Source of the DNA: an uncultured Chloroflexia bacterium
Lineage (GTDB): Bacteria > Chloroflexota > Limnocylindria > Limnocylindrales > CSP1-4
Direction of reading: 5' to 3'
Assembly (NCBI GenBank): GCA_963837215.1
Contig: CAWIML010000009.1
Span: 222,739-286,738, forward strand
DNA length: 64,000 bases
Shown: in pieces, positions 27,769 through 37,648 of the stretch
How the letters are laid out: the number at the start of each line of letters is the position of its first letter
Position numbering within the stretch: the stretch's first letter is position 1
Translations under genes and position numbers: made by a program
The notes under the pieces: generated by a model
What the model saw: only the letters and a program-made list of their open reading frames with translations
What the model was told of the DNA's origin: nothing
Database searches by the model: none

Positions 27769-29337
27769 ATGACAACAGGATCGGCCACGGCATCGCCACC
27801 AGCGATCGCCGTCGCCGACCTGCGCAAGGCCTATGGTGGGATCCAGGCCCTGATCGGCGTGGATCTCACCATCGACGCGGGCCACATCCATGCCGTCGTC
27901 GGCGAGAACGGCGCCGGCAAGTCCACCCTGATGAAGATCCTCGCTGGAGCCGTCCACCCGGACTCCGGCGAGGTCCGGATCGCCGGGGAGGCCGTTCAAC
28001 TGGCCTCCCCGGCAGATGCTCGCCGCCTCGGTGTCGGCATCGTCTACCAGGAGCTGAGTCTGTTCCCGGAGCGGTCGATCCTGGCCAACCTCTTCCCGGA
28101 CGACCAGCCGACGCGCTTTGGCATGGTCGATACCGACGAGATGCGCCGACGAGCTTCGCCGATCCTCGCGCGGATCGGCCTCGTCGCCGATCCCGACTCG
28201 CCGGTCGCGGACCTCGGTGTCGGCGACCGGCAACTCGTAGAGGTGAGCCGCCTGCTCATCGAGCGGCCCAGCGTCCTGATCCTCGACGAGCCAAATTCGG
28301 CGCTCAACGAGCGCGAGACGCAGCGGCTGTTCACGATCCTGCGTGAGCTGTCTGCCGACGGGGTGACCATCATCTACGTGTCGCATCGCCTCGAGGAGGT
28401 GTTCGACATCGCCGACCGGATCACGGTCATGCGAAACGGCGCCATCGTCACGACGGTCGACCGGCACGCGACGACGATCGGCCGGGTCGTGGAGGCGATG
28501 GTCGGCACGTCGCCGGCAGAGTTGTTCCCAGCGCGCCGGCCCGGATCGGCGTCTGGACCCGCCAGCGTCGTCGTCGATGGCATCTCCGTCGACGCCGAGC
28601 TGCGCGACATCTCGTTCGAGGCGCATCCGGGGCAGATCATCGGCCTGGCAGGCCTCGAGGGCTCCGGCGTAGCCACGCTGCTGGGTGCGCTCTTCGGGAC
28701 GCGGCATGCGACCGGCGGGTCGATCTCATATGCCGATGGCCGCGGCGCCCCGACGTCGCCGACGGCAGCCGCCCGACGGGGCATCAGCCTCGTGCCGGCC
28801 GACCGCAGGAGTCACGGGCTGATGCTGGAGGCGAGCGTCGAGACGAACATCGCCCAGGTCTCCGTCGGAGCGCTGGCCAGTCGTCGGCCGTGGCTTGACC
28901 GCCGCGCGATCAGGATGGCTGCGCAGCGCCACATCGACGGCCTGCGGATCAAGACGAGCGGCCCGGCGGCGATCGTTGGCCGACTGTCAGGCGGCAACCA
29001 GCAGAAGGTCGTCGTGGCGAAGTGGCTCGAGATCGCCCCGAAGGTCTACCTCCTGGACGACCCGACACGCGGCGTCGACGTGGGCGCAAAGCGCGAGATC
29101 TACCGCCTCATCCGGGAACTGGCCGACATGGGCAGGACGATCATCTTCCGTTCCACCGAGCTTCCCGAGGTGGTCGGGCTCGCCGATCGCATCCTCGTCC
29201 TCTATCGCGGCCGCCTCGCCGTCGACGTGGCCGGCGGCGACATCGATGACCACGGGCTGTTGCACGCGATCAACACCGGCCGACTGCCGGGATCCGAGCC
29301 GGCAGACATGCCGATAGAAGAGGAGGTGATCCGATGA
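27769..29337 (+). CDS. Sugar ABC transporter ATP-binding protein (two ATPase domains)
   Basis: GENGAGKST and LSGGNQQKV motifs, plus a second domain GLEGSGV. Confidence 0.9.
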   Translation: MTTGSATASPPAIAVADLRKAYGGIQALIGVDLTIDAGHIHAVVGENGAGKSTLMKILAGAVHPDSGEVRIAGEAVQLASPADARRLGVGIVYQELSLFPERSILANLFPDDQPTRFGMVDTDEMRRRASPILARIGLVADPDSPVADLGVGDRQLVEVSRLLIERPSVLILDEPNSALNERETQRLFTILRELSADGVTIIYVSHRLEEVFDIADRITVMRNGAIVTTVDRHATTIGRVVEAMVGTSPAELFPARRPGSASGPASVVVDGISVDAELRDISFEAHPGQIIGLAGLEGSGVATLLGALFGTRHATGGSISYADGRGAPTSPTAAARRGISLVPADRRSHGLMLEASVETNIAQVSVGALASRRPWLDRRAIRMAAQRHIDGLRIKTSGPAAIVGRLSGGNQQKVVVAKWLEIAPKVYLLDDPTRGVDVGAKREIYRLIRELADMGRTIIFRSTELPEVVGLADRILVLYRGRLAVDVAGGDIDDHGLLHAINTGRLPGSEPADMPIEEEVIR

Positions 29338-29654
29338 TCCGCCGCGCCTTCACGATGCGCCTGAAGCCAGGTGGGCTTGCGGAGTACAAGCGCCATCACG
29401 ATGACATCTGGGCGGATCTCGTGGACGAGATCGAGCGGCAGGGCATCGCCCAGATCTCCATCTTCGAGCGCGATCCTGTCCTGTTCCTGTTTTCGGAGAT
29501 CCGCGACGAGGCGGCATGGGACCGCCTGTGGCATACGGCTGTCCACGACCGGTGGGCCGAGATCATGAACCCGCTCATGGAGTTCAACGACGAGGGCATC
29601 GTCGACTCGAGCGAGCTCCGTGAGGTCTTTCACCTCGAAACGGGTGCCCACTGA
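29334..29654 (+). CDS. rhaM: L-rhamnose mutarotase family protein
   Basis: 106 aa. FTMRLKPG..AEYKRHHDDIW..L...I.....ISIF...L..F.E. and a C-terminal EVFHLE are characteristic of RhaM/YiiL. ATGA overlap with the ATPase gene. Confidence 0.75.
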   Translation: MIRRAFTMRLKPGGLAEYKRHHDDIWADLVDEIERQGIAQISIFERDPVLFLFSEIRDEAAWDRLWHTAVHDRWAEIMNPLMEFNDEGIVDSSELREVFHLETGAH

Positions 29655-29671
29655 CGGGAAGGAGCGATCCG

Positions 29672-30502
29672 ATGCAAGCGGCAGCCAATGACCGTGTCGC
29701 GGTCGTCACCGGAGCCGGCCGAGGGCTCGGTCGCGAGGCCGCCGTCGCTCTCGCGGCTCGCGGCCACCCAGTCGTCGGGGTGGCAAGGAGCGCGACGCAG
29801 CTGGCCGAGACCGCAGAGATCATCGGGTCGGCCGGTGGCCGGATGCTCGCGCGGCGCGCGGACGTCAGCGATCCTGGTGCCGTCGCGGCGATGGCGGCCT
29901 TCGTACGGCAGGAACTTGGCCCGCCCTCGATCCTCATCAATGCCGCCGGGATCTTCGGTCCGATCGCGTTGATCCGGGACAGCGATCCGGCGGCCTGGGT
30001 CGAGACATTGATGATCGACGCCGTGGCCGCGTACCTCACGACCCAGGCCTTCGTGGGCGACATGATCGACGCCGGCTGGGGACGCATCGTGAACATCACC
30101 TCGGCTGCCTCGCTGCATCCGCCCGGCGCCCTCAACAGCGCCTACGCGACCGCGAAAGTCGCGCTCAACCAGCTCACCCGGCACGTCGCCTTCGAGGTAG
30201 CCGGGACGGGCGTCACCGCGAACGTCATCCATCCGGGCGACGTGAAGACGGATATGTGGCAGGGGATCCGCGATCGTGTGGCGACGATGGGGCCGGAGGC
30301 GGAACCCTTCCGCCAGTGGGCGGCCTGGGTCGAAGCGACCGGTGGCGACCCGCCGGAGAAGGCAGTGGCCCTGATCCTGGAGCTCACGTCGGACTCCGGC
30401 GCTGGCCGCAACGGCGAGTTCTGTTGGGTCAAGGATCCGCTGCAAGCGCCGATCGACAGTTGGGAGAAGCCCACCGACGCGCGTCCCTGGATCAGCGACT
30501 GA
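29672..30502 (+). CDS. SDR-family oxidoreductase
   Basis: TGAGRGLG glycine motif and YATAK (YxxxK). Confidence 0.85.
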   Translation: MQAAANDRVAVVTGAGRGLGREAAVALAARGHPVVGVARSATQLAETAEIIGSAGGRMLARRADVSDPGAVAAMAAFVRQELGPPSILINAAGIFGPIALIRDSDPAAWVETLMIDAVAAYLTTQAFVGDMIDAGWGRIVNITSAASLHPPGALNSAYATAKVALNQLTRHVAFEVAGTGVTANVIHPGDVKTDMWQGIRDRVATMGPEAEPFRQWAAWVEATGGDPPEKAVALILELTSDSGAGRNGEFCWVKDPLQAPIDSWEKPTDARPWISD

Positions 30503-30542
30503 TGGCCGCTTCACGCGCGTATCGAGGCAGGATGGGCGGGGC

Positions 30543-31562
30543 ATGAACCCCACGCAGACTCGCACGCTGGGGGCGAGCAACGTGGTGGTCACGGAACTTG
30601 GATTCGGCGGTGCTTCGATCGGTGAGCTCTTCGTGCGAGTGTCGGAGCGGGACGCGCAGGCCACGCTCGTCGCCGCGTGGGACGCCGGCATCCGCTACTT
30701 CGACACGGCCCCCTGGTACGGCCGCGGGCTCTCTGAGCTGCGCACCGGCGCCGGCCTTCGCGACCATGGGCGGGCCGAGTACGCGCTGTCGACCAAGGTG
30801 GGTCGTTGGCTTCGACCCTCGACAGAGGAGGGTTTTGACGGCGCTCCGTGGCTCGGTGGGGCTCCCAACGAAGTCGTCTTCGACTATTCCTACGACGGCA
30901 TCATGCGTTCGGTGGAGCAAAGCCGGCTGCGGCTCGGCATCACCCGTTTCGACATCGCCTTCATCCATGATCTGGATCGCCTCTACTTCGACGAGGCCAC
31001 CTTCGATGGGCACTTCCGCGATCTCGCGTCGTCCGGGTGGCGCGCCCTCGATGAGCTGCGAGCGGCCGGCCAGATCGGGGCGATCGGCGCCGGGATCAAC
31101 GACCTCGGGTTGATGCCGAGGTTCCTGGACATCGCGGACATCGATGCCTTCCTGGTGGCGATGCCCTACACACTCCTTGACCAGGCCGTGCTGGACACGG
31201 AATTCCCTGCCTGCTCTGCGCGGGGGGTCGGGTTCGTCATCGGTTCGCCGTTCGCGTCGGGGATCCTGGCCAAGGGGCCGGTGCCAGGCGCCAGGTACGC
31301 CTACGCCGAGGCATCGCAGGCGATCAAGGACAAGACGGGGCGGATCGCAGCGGTATGCGACCGGCACGGCGTCCCGCTGGCCGCTGCCGCCCTGCAATTC
31401 CCGCTCGGGCACCCGGACGTGGCGTCCGTGATCCCCGGCGCCTCGTCACCGTCCCAGCAGCAGCGGAATGTGGAGATGTTCCGCCATCCGATCCCGGCCG
31501 ACCTGTGGGCGGACCTCAAACACGAGGGTGTGCTTCGCGCCGACGCACCGGTACCAGCGTGA
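30543..31562 (+). CDS. Aldo/keto reductase (D-threo-aldose / L-fucose 1-dehydrogenase-like)
   Basis: LGFGGASIG, FDTAPWYG and IHDLD blocks of the AKR fold. 339 aa. Confidence 0.8.
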   Translation: MNPTQTRTLGASNVVVTELGFGGASIGELFVRVSERDAQATLVAAWDAGIRYFDTAPWYGRGLSELRTGAGLRDHGRAEYALSTKVGRWLRPSTEEGFDGAPWLGGAPNEVVFDYSYDGIMRSVEQSRLRLGITRFDIAFIHDLDRLYFDEATFDGHFRDLASSGWRALDELRAAGQIGAIGAGINDLGLMPRFLDIADIDAFLVAMPYTLLDQAVLDTEFPACSARGVGFVIGSPFASGILAKGPVPGARYAYAEASQAIKDKTGRIAAVCDRHGVPLAAAALQFPLGHPDVASVIPGASSPSQQQRNVEMFRHPIPADLWADLKHEGVLRADAPVPA

Positions 31563-32020
31563 GCGACGGGTTGACGGCCGCTGACCTGGTAGGGACCTGG
31601 CGGCTGCGGGCCTGGACCTCGGAGGGGGCCGGAGGCATCGAGCACCCCATGGGCGAGTCGCCCGAGGGCCTCCTCGTGTACACCGCTGATGGCACGATGA
31701 TCACGACCATCGGCCGAGCCGGACGCCCACCGATCGACGGCGGCGACCTGCTGGCCGGACCGGTCGACCAGCGCCTCGAGGCGATGACGACATTCGTCGC
31801 CTATGCGGGCGCATTCCACGTCGACGGCGCCGACGTCGTCCACGACGTGACGATGAGCCTGTTCCCGAACTGGATCGCGACCTCCCAGCGCCGGCACGTG
31901 CAGCTCAGTCGCGACCGCCGCGAGCTCGAGCTGATCGGAGACGCGATCATGGTCCACGGTCGGCTGCGCACGCAGCGCTTGCGTTGGGAGCGGGTGCCCG
32001 AGGCACCGTCGAGCAGCTGA
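31559..32020 (+). CDS. Lipocalin-like domain protein (function unknown)
   Basis: GTG 31559 overlaps the upstream TGA. LVGTWRL...GLLVYTADGTM pattern typical of bacterial lipocalin-like domains. Confidence 0.5.
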   Translation: MSDGLTAADLVGTWRLRAWTSEGAGGIEHPMGESPEGLLVYTADGTMITTIGRAGRPPIDGGDLLAGPVDQRLEAMTTFVAYAGAFHVDGADVVHDVTMSLFPNWIATSQRRHVQLSRDRRELELIGDAIMVHGRLRTQRLRWERVPEAPSSS

Positions 32021-32028
32021 TCGACCGG

Positions 32029-33321
32029 TCAGGCCCCGCTGGTTTGCACAGAACCGGCCCACGCAGGACCCATCGCGATACGCGCTCCGACATCGGCCCC
32101 GCCCACGGGCTGGTGCACGAGCGCGATCGGGCGCCAGGCGCGGGACACGAACCCGACGAACGCCGGATCCCTGGCGCCCGGCGCCCGGGCCAGGTCAGGG
32201 ATCGCCCGCCACAAGCCACCGAGCGCCTCGGTCGCCTCCATCCGGGCGAGGTGCGCCCCGGCGCAATGTCGCGGCCCGACATTGAAGGCGAGATGCCCCC
32301 ACAGCCTGGGACGGTCTGGGTCGAACGCAGCTGGTCGGTCCCAGCGAGCGGGGTCGCGGTTGGCGGCCGCGTTGACGGCCAGGACCCGCTCGCCAGCCGC
32401 GATCCGAACGCCGCCCAGGTCGACGTCGGTCGTCGCCCGGCGCGCACGCATGTGCACGACGGTGGAATGGCGCAGCACCTCCTCCAGGAACCGGGCGAAC
32501 GCCGCCGGGTCGGCGAGCGTGGCGTCACGTGCTGCGGCCGCCATGTCCAGGAGCCGATGCATGGCCGTGCAGATCAGGAAGGCGGTCGTCTCAGAGCCGC
32601 CCTCGAAGATGAACTTCGCGTTGTCGAGGACGTCCTGCTCGCCCCAATCTGGCGCGGCCTCACGCCCGGCCGCCCAGAGCAGGCTGATGGCGTCGCCCTC
32701 CGGGCGATCGCGGCGGGCGCGGACGGTGTCGAGCAGCAGGGGCTCAAGCAGGCGGGTGGCCTCCTCGGCCGCGACCCTCGCCTCGGGGTCCTCGCCGTAT
32801 GAGTGGCGCCAGGCCAGAACGGCCTCCATCCAGCCCTTGGCCCGGTCCAGGGTCGCCACGTCGGCATCCGGCAGGCCGAGCACGCGGGTGATGACCGCGA
32901 TCGGCAGCAGGCGAGCGAAATCGGCGAACAGCTCGAAGGCACCATCCCGCGCCAGGGCAGCCAGTCGCTCCGCGACGAGCGGGCGGACGGCGGCGAGAGC
33001 CAGGGGCGCGATCGGATCGGGCCGCCAGGCATGCGAGACCGAGCGATGGAGTGCGTCGTGGGGCGCTCCGACGAGTGACCGGAAGTCGCGCCGCCCGACG
33101 ATCTGGGCGGCTCCCGGGAGCGTTCCCGTCGGCTCTTCGAAGAGGTCTTCCCGGCGCTCGACGAGGCTGCAGCCGTCGTGAGACAGCACCAGCCAGGCCG
33201 ACATCCCCTCGTCCCAGACCACCGATCCGACCGCGCGTATGCGCTCGTAGGCTGGGTACGGATCCACGTCGCGCAGGTCGCGCAATGAGATGGGCGACAT
33301 CGGCCGTACCGCGACCGTCAC
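32029..33321 (-). CDS. Cytochrome P450
   Basis: Heme-thiolate loop FNVGPRHCAG, I-helix-like FEGGSETT and an ExxR region. The GTG start overlaps the upstream isomerase stop by 4 nt. Confidence 0.9.
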   Translation of the reverse strand: MTVAVRPMSPISLRDLRDVDPYPAYERIRAVGSVVWDEGMSAWLVLSHDGCSLVERREDLFEEPTGTLPGAAQIVGRRDFRSLVGAPHDALHRSVSHAWRPDPIAPLALAAVRPLVAERLAALARDGAFELFADFARLLPIAVITRVLGLPDADVATLDRAKGWMEAVLAWRHSYGEDPEARVAAEEATRLLEPLLLDTVRARRDRPEGDAISLLWAAGREAAPDWGEQDVLDNAKFIFEGGSETTAFLICTAMHRLLDMAAAARDATLADPAAFARFLEEVLRHSTVVHMRARRATTDVDLGGVRIAAGERVLAVNAAANRDPARWDRPAAFDPDRPRLWGHLAFNVGPRHCAGAHLARMEATEALGGLWRAIPDLARAPGARDPAFVGFVSRAWRPIALVHQPVGGADVGARIAMGPAWAGSVQTSGA

Positions 33322-34756
33322 ACGACCACCGCCTCGACACCGAGATGCTTGGCCACCGCGACGACGTCGCCCGAGAGGTCGCCGGGCGTCGCCGAACTAT
33401 GGTGATTGACCCCGGCGCTGGCCCAGCGACTCCAGGCCGTCTCGACCGAGCCTTCGGCGAACCGGAAGGCGCCGTTGATCGTGCCCGTCTCTGGGAAGGT
33501 CCGGGCGGTCAGCTCGCCCCGTGCGACGACGAAGCGGAACCCGCCATGCGCCGCGGGGTGCGGTGTGAAGCCCACCAGCGTGGCCGGTCCGGGGGGCGGT
33601 TCGAAGACGGCGCACACCCCGCAGTGGACATCCTTGCCGCAGAACCAGCCATTGGGCCGCAGCCGCGGTCGCGCTCCGGGGGCCAGCCAGGCGAGGTCGT
33701 GTTCTCCGGAGTTCGCGATGACGACCTCGCCGGTCGCATAGTCGATGGCCTCGATCTCGTGGTAGACGGCTGCTCCGCCGAGCCGCTTGGTCGTGAGCAT
33801 GGCGACCGCGGTGACCACGTCGCCGGTGCAGGTGAATGGTCGGCCGCCGGACGTCAGGCGGCCCAGCGCCCAACACGGCGCGATGCCGATCGGCTCACCG
33901 AAGCGGAACTGCGGGACGTGGCAGTTGAAGGCGCCCCCATCCAGGTCGTGGGCGGCGACCACGGCCTCCAGCGCCAGCGCCGCGCGCAGCGATCGGTCCA
34001 AGGAATCGGCGGATGGAACGCCCTCGAACGTCCAGTCGCGGCGGACATCCGCCTCGAGCGCCCGGACGTCCGCGTCGGCGACCGCGAGGTATCGCTCGAC
34101 GACCTCGTCCGCGTCGACGCCGACGAGCTCGATCCCGGTCGCCGCCTGCAGGGCTGCGTCATCGACATCCACGTGGGCATACCCTTCCACTGGCCTGCCG
34201 ATCCGACCGAGTCGACTTCGCGATATCCCGCGCGCGATGCCGGCCAGACGCACAGCCATCTGCACGCGGGCGACGGTGTTCGGGTCGGATCGCCGACCCA
34301 GGACGAGGTCGAACGGACGGTCCGCCCTCGACAACAGGTTGGTGATCATCGGGGCCCCGACGGTCGCGCCCTGGGTCGTGATCGATCCGTGGTCGAACCG
34401 TCCGTCCACGAGACCGACCTCGTGCAACGCCCAGACCACGACAGGGATGCCGGGGAGGAGCGTCGATCGCGGCCATCGTCCAGGCGGCGGGCACCGCCAT
34501 CGTCTGGAGGACGAGGACCACGTCGACCGCGGCGTCGGCGAACTCGCGCCCGATGTTGACTCCGTCCTCGGCCGAGGCGATCTCGACGACCGCGACCGTG
34601 TCGACCGCTCCGATCGCGGCGAGCTCGTCGGCGACGGATCGCGCAAGGGCCATCCTGTCCGCCCGGAAGGTCGGGCTCGGCGGTGTGCTCCCAGAGCGTC
34701 CAGTATGGGTGGACGATCCCGACCCGCGGTCGGTGGTCGGCGGTGTTTGCGGGCAT
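33318..34756 (-). pseudogene. L-fucose/L-arabinose-isomerase-family sugar isomerase, interrupted by two +1 frameshifts
   Basis: The N-terminus MPANTADHRPRVGIVHPYW (frame of ORF 34346..34864) continues as MALARSVADEL..VVLVLQTMAV (ORF 34159..34653). It then continues as LLPGIPVVVWALHEVG... to the end (ORF 33318..34646). Shifts are at about 34655-34700 and about 34455-34465. Confidence 0.65.
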
Positions 34757-34757
34757 C

Positions 34758-35406
34758 TCAGTCCTGGTGGAAGACCTCGTCCGCGGTGATGAGGTTGCCG
34801 TCGGGATCGGTGATCGTGGTGATGATCCCCTCGAACGCAGCACCCCAGCGGGCATTGACCTCATACGTCGCCATCTTCCCGAAGACGCTGGTCAGATCCG
34901 GGTAGAACTCCCCGTAGTAGACGACGTGCCCGCCGCGCCGGAAACCGGTGTACTTGCGGAACCCGGACGTCTCGATGGCGGCCATCAAGTCAGGCCACGG
35001 GTTCGCATGGAGCGCCTCGTATTCGTCGGCGCGGTCGGGGTCGATGACCAGGCCGAACAGCGCCCGCTGGAACGGGCCATCCAGCGGCGGGCCATCCGCG
35101 TAGAAGACCTCGTCGTACCAGAGCAGTTCGCCGGCGTCGTCCGTGATCTGCGGCGATGACGTCCCGGAAGTAGTGGTTCCAGCGCTGGTTCGCCGGCTTG
35201 GGCCCGTGGACGCCGAAGGCTGTGGCCGCGTCCGGGTCGGCTTCGAGGAAGTACCAGACATCCGTTCCGCGTCGGAAGCCGGACATGTTGCGCAAGCCCG
35301 ACTCGCGGATCTCGGTCGTGAGCTCCGGCCAGATCTCCGCATGCCTGCGGTCGTACTCGGCCTCTGTCCCGGGGAAGATGCGGAGGTAGAAGCAGGCGCG
35401 TTCCAT
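34758..35406 (-). pseudogene. Tandem (two-domain) L-rhamnose-mutarotase-family protein, one +1 frameshift
   Basis: Domain 1 (MERACFYLRIFPGTEAEYDRRH..., ORF 34990..35406) joins at about 35150-35156 to ...ITDDAGELLWYDEVFYADG plus domain 2 (ALFGLVIDPDRADEYEALH...EVFHQD, ORF 34758..35441). Confidence 0.65.
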
Positions 35407-35426
35407 GAGCGGGCCCTCGAGCTGAC

Positions 35427-35440
35427 TGGCAACGGTTCCA
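35427..35440. promoter_or_regulatory. LacI-type operator-like near-palindrome TGGCAACGGTTCCA
   Basis: 21 nt upstream of the mutarotase/isomerase/P450 operon start (35406). One of the better matches to the recurrent motif. Confidence 0.55.
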
Positions 35441-35492
35441 ACCGAGATGCTACCGCCTCGCGGTGGCGCCCGTATCCGGTCGACGCTGGCTG

Positions 35493-36317
35493 CTAAGCGA
35501 AGAGGATGAGCGCCACGCCAACGGCCACGATCGTCGCAGCCACGACGGCGCGCGCCGCCGGCATCGTTCGGCGCCTGATCGACTCGAAGAGGAGGATCAT
35601 CAATGGCGTCGTCGCGACCATGGTCTGTACCACGACGGGGCTGCCGGTCTGAGCGCCGAGGATGACGAACACGAAGTAGGTGGTCACCACCACGGATCGA
35701 CCCAGCAGGCGCGGGATGTCGGCACGGGCGACATCGCGGGGCGGGAAGACGGCGATACAGATGATGGCCGCCAGTGACGTTCTCACGACGTACGTTTCCA
35801 CCACGCCTACACCCTGGTCACCGAGCAGGGTGCTCGCGACGGTCAGGAGGCCGGTACCGGTCGCCGCCCCGATGATGCGCCACGTGCGGCCCCAGTGACC
35901 CAGCCCGGCAAAGGCATCCGCCAGCGCGACGAGGACCCCGATCACGACCACGAACGCCGCCACCACCTGGATCGGATGGACGGCGCCAGGCAGGACGACC
36001 GCGGCGGCCAATGCGGTCGGGACCGGGCTCATGGCTGTCGCGGTCGTCGTCGCCGACGCCGACCCGTGATCGAACAGGTCCCAGACGCAGATGGCGGTCA
36101 CGACCATCAGGGCGACGGACACCAGGTGAAGTCCGACGATCGTGGGGCTCCAGACCCAAACCGCGAACGGCGCGAACGGCAGGAGAACGAGCGCATTGGC
36201 CAGGTACAGAACGCCGATCAGCTGGCGGGCGGGCGCGCGATAGGTGAGCTCCTTGCTGATCACGGCCTGACCGGCATTCGTCAGCGCGGCCAGGAACCCG
36301 AACACGACCGCGCTCAC
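35493..36317 (-). CDS. EamA/DMT-family membrane transporter-like protein
   Basis: About 274 aa from GTG 36317, about 9-10 hydrophobic segments, Ala/Val/Leu-rich. The upstream part of the track ORF (to 36881) is antisense to the next gene. Confidence 0.6.
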   Translation of the reverse strand: MSAVVFGFLAALTNAGQAVISKELTYRAPARQLIGVLYLANALVLLPFAPFAVWVWSPTIVGLHLVSVALMVVTAICVWDLFDHGSASATTTATAMSPVPTALAAAVVLPGAVHPIQVVAAFVVVIGVLVALADAFAGLGHWGRTWRIIGAATGTGLLTVASTLLGDQGVGVVETYVVRTSLAAIICIAVFPPRDVARADIPRLLGRSVVVTTYFVFVILGAQTGSPVVVQTMVATTPLMILLFESIRRRTMPAARAVVAATIVAVGVALILFA

Positions 36318-36350
36318 GAAACCCTCCGAGACATGCGAGCCGCTCGCGCG

Positions 36351-36399
36351 TGGTATCGTGCTCGCAACCAGTCTGCAAACGCTACCGGTATCGTCAAGC
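36351..36399. promoter_or_regulatory. Cluster of three operator-like sites (TGGTATCGTGCTCGCA, TCTGCAAACGCTACCGG, CGGTATCGTCAAGC)
   Basis: Fills much of the 111-nt divergent gap between the DMT gene and Cys-rich paralog 1. Confidence 0.5.
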
Positions 36400-36428
36400 A
36401 TGCTCGGTCGGGCGAGCGGGAGGCCAGG

Positions 36429-37545
36429 GTGAGCGAGACCGCCATCGCGTTCACGGATCTGCTGGGCAGGCGTGTCCGGATGGGTCCCTGGGAGGACCAG
36501 AAGGTTTCCACCTACCGAAAGATCATCGAAGCCCTCGAGGGCGGCCGGTGGGACGAGGCGGCGACTCTCGGTAGCTACTTCGTGGACGAAGCGAATGTCT
36601 GCTTCACGCTCTATCGGCAGTGGATCGGCGACCTGAACGGGTTCCTGCGCGACAAGGGTGTCGACGAGGACGTCATCCAGGCGCGCAACGACCAGGCGGT
36701 CGCGGTCGCGACCCTGCCGGACGGCACGCCGTGGCTTCCCCGGAAGCATTGGGACCGGTTCCTGTCCGAGGTCCAGGCCTTCACGGCCGCGACCTATCGC
36801 GAGCGGCCCGACGAGGCCCGCCGCCGGCTGGACACCATGAAGGAGACCTGGCGTCAGTGTCACGACCGCGACGTCGACCACACCTATGCGCTGATGTCGT
36901 TGATCAAGGAGCAGCTCGGCGAGGACGCCATCAGGGAGATGTTCGATCGCGTCCTGCTACCGCTGTTCGTGTGGCGTTATGAGAAGTTCGACATCGACAA
37001 GTACCCGTGGGACGAGTCCCTCGAGATCCTGATGCTCGTGGCCTGCGAGGCGATGCGCGGCCATCTCGTGGGGCCCGGAGCGGACCGGCGACATGGAGCT
37101 CGTCGAGCTCGAAGACCGCTTCGTCCTGCGCTTCGATCCGTGTGGCTCAGGCGGCCGGACGCTGCGCGGCGACTCGATCGAGGGCACGCCACCGCGGATG
37201 CAGCCCCCGTATGACTGGACCGTGACAGAGGAGCCCCACACCTGGAACCACAACACGCCAGGTGTCTGCCTCTACTGCACCCACTGCATCATCCTGATGG
37301 AGGAGATGCCCATCGATCGCTTCGGCTACCCCGTCCGGGTGGTCGACCCGCCGGTCTACGACGCAGCGCGAACCGCGGTCGGCGAAGCGCAGAAGTGCCA
37401 GTGGCAGATGTTCAAGGATCCGACCCAGGTCCCCGAGGAGTACTACACGCGAGTCGGGCGAACGAAGCCGACGACCTTCGGGTCCAAGGCGCATGGCGCC
37501 CGTCAGCTGCCGGTCATGAACGCCGGACTTCCTGGCGCCGGCTGA
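36429..37545 (+). pseudogene. Uncharacterised Cys-rich protein family, copy 1 (one +1 frameshift at about 37080-37083)
   Basis: GTG 36429 after GGGAGG. The frame of ORF 35895..37214 runs up to ...EAMRGHLVGPGA. ORF 37093..37545 then supplies ...MELVELEDRFVLRFDPCGSGGR...GVCLYCTHC...KCQW. It is collinear with 41151..42290 and 55659..56750. Confidence 0.7.
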
Positions 37546-37572
37546 TCACGACCTCCGATCCCACACTCCCAC

Positions 37573-37616
37573 GGGGCGCCGCCGAAGCCTCCTCCTCGGC
37601 GGCGCCCCATTTCTTC
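37573..37616. terminator. Intrinsic-terminator-like hairpin between convergent genes
   Basis: Perfect 13-bp GC-rich stem GGGGCGCCGCCGA (37573..37585) / TCGGCGGCGCCCC (37596..37608) with a 10-nt loop, followed by ATTTCTT. Confidence 0.6.
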
Positions 37617-37648
37617 GTCATCCGCCTGCTGCCGTCGGAGATGGCGGG

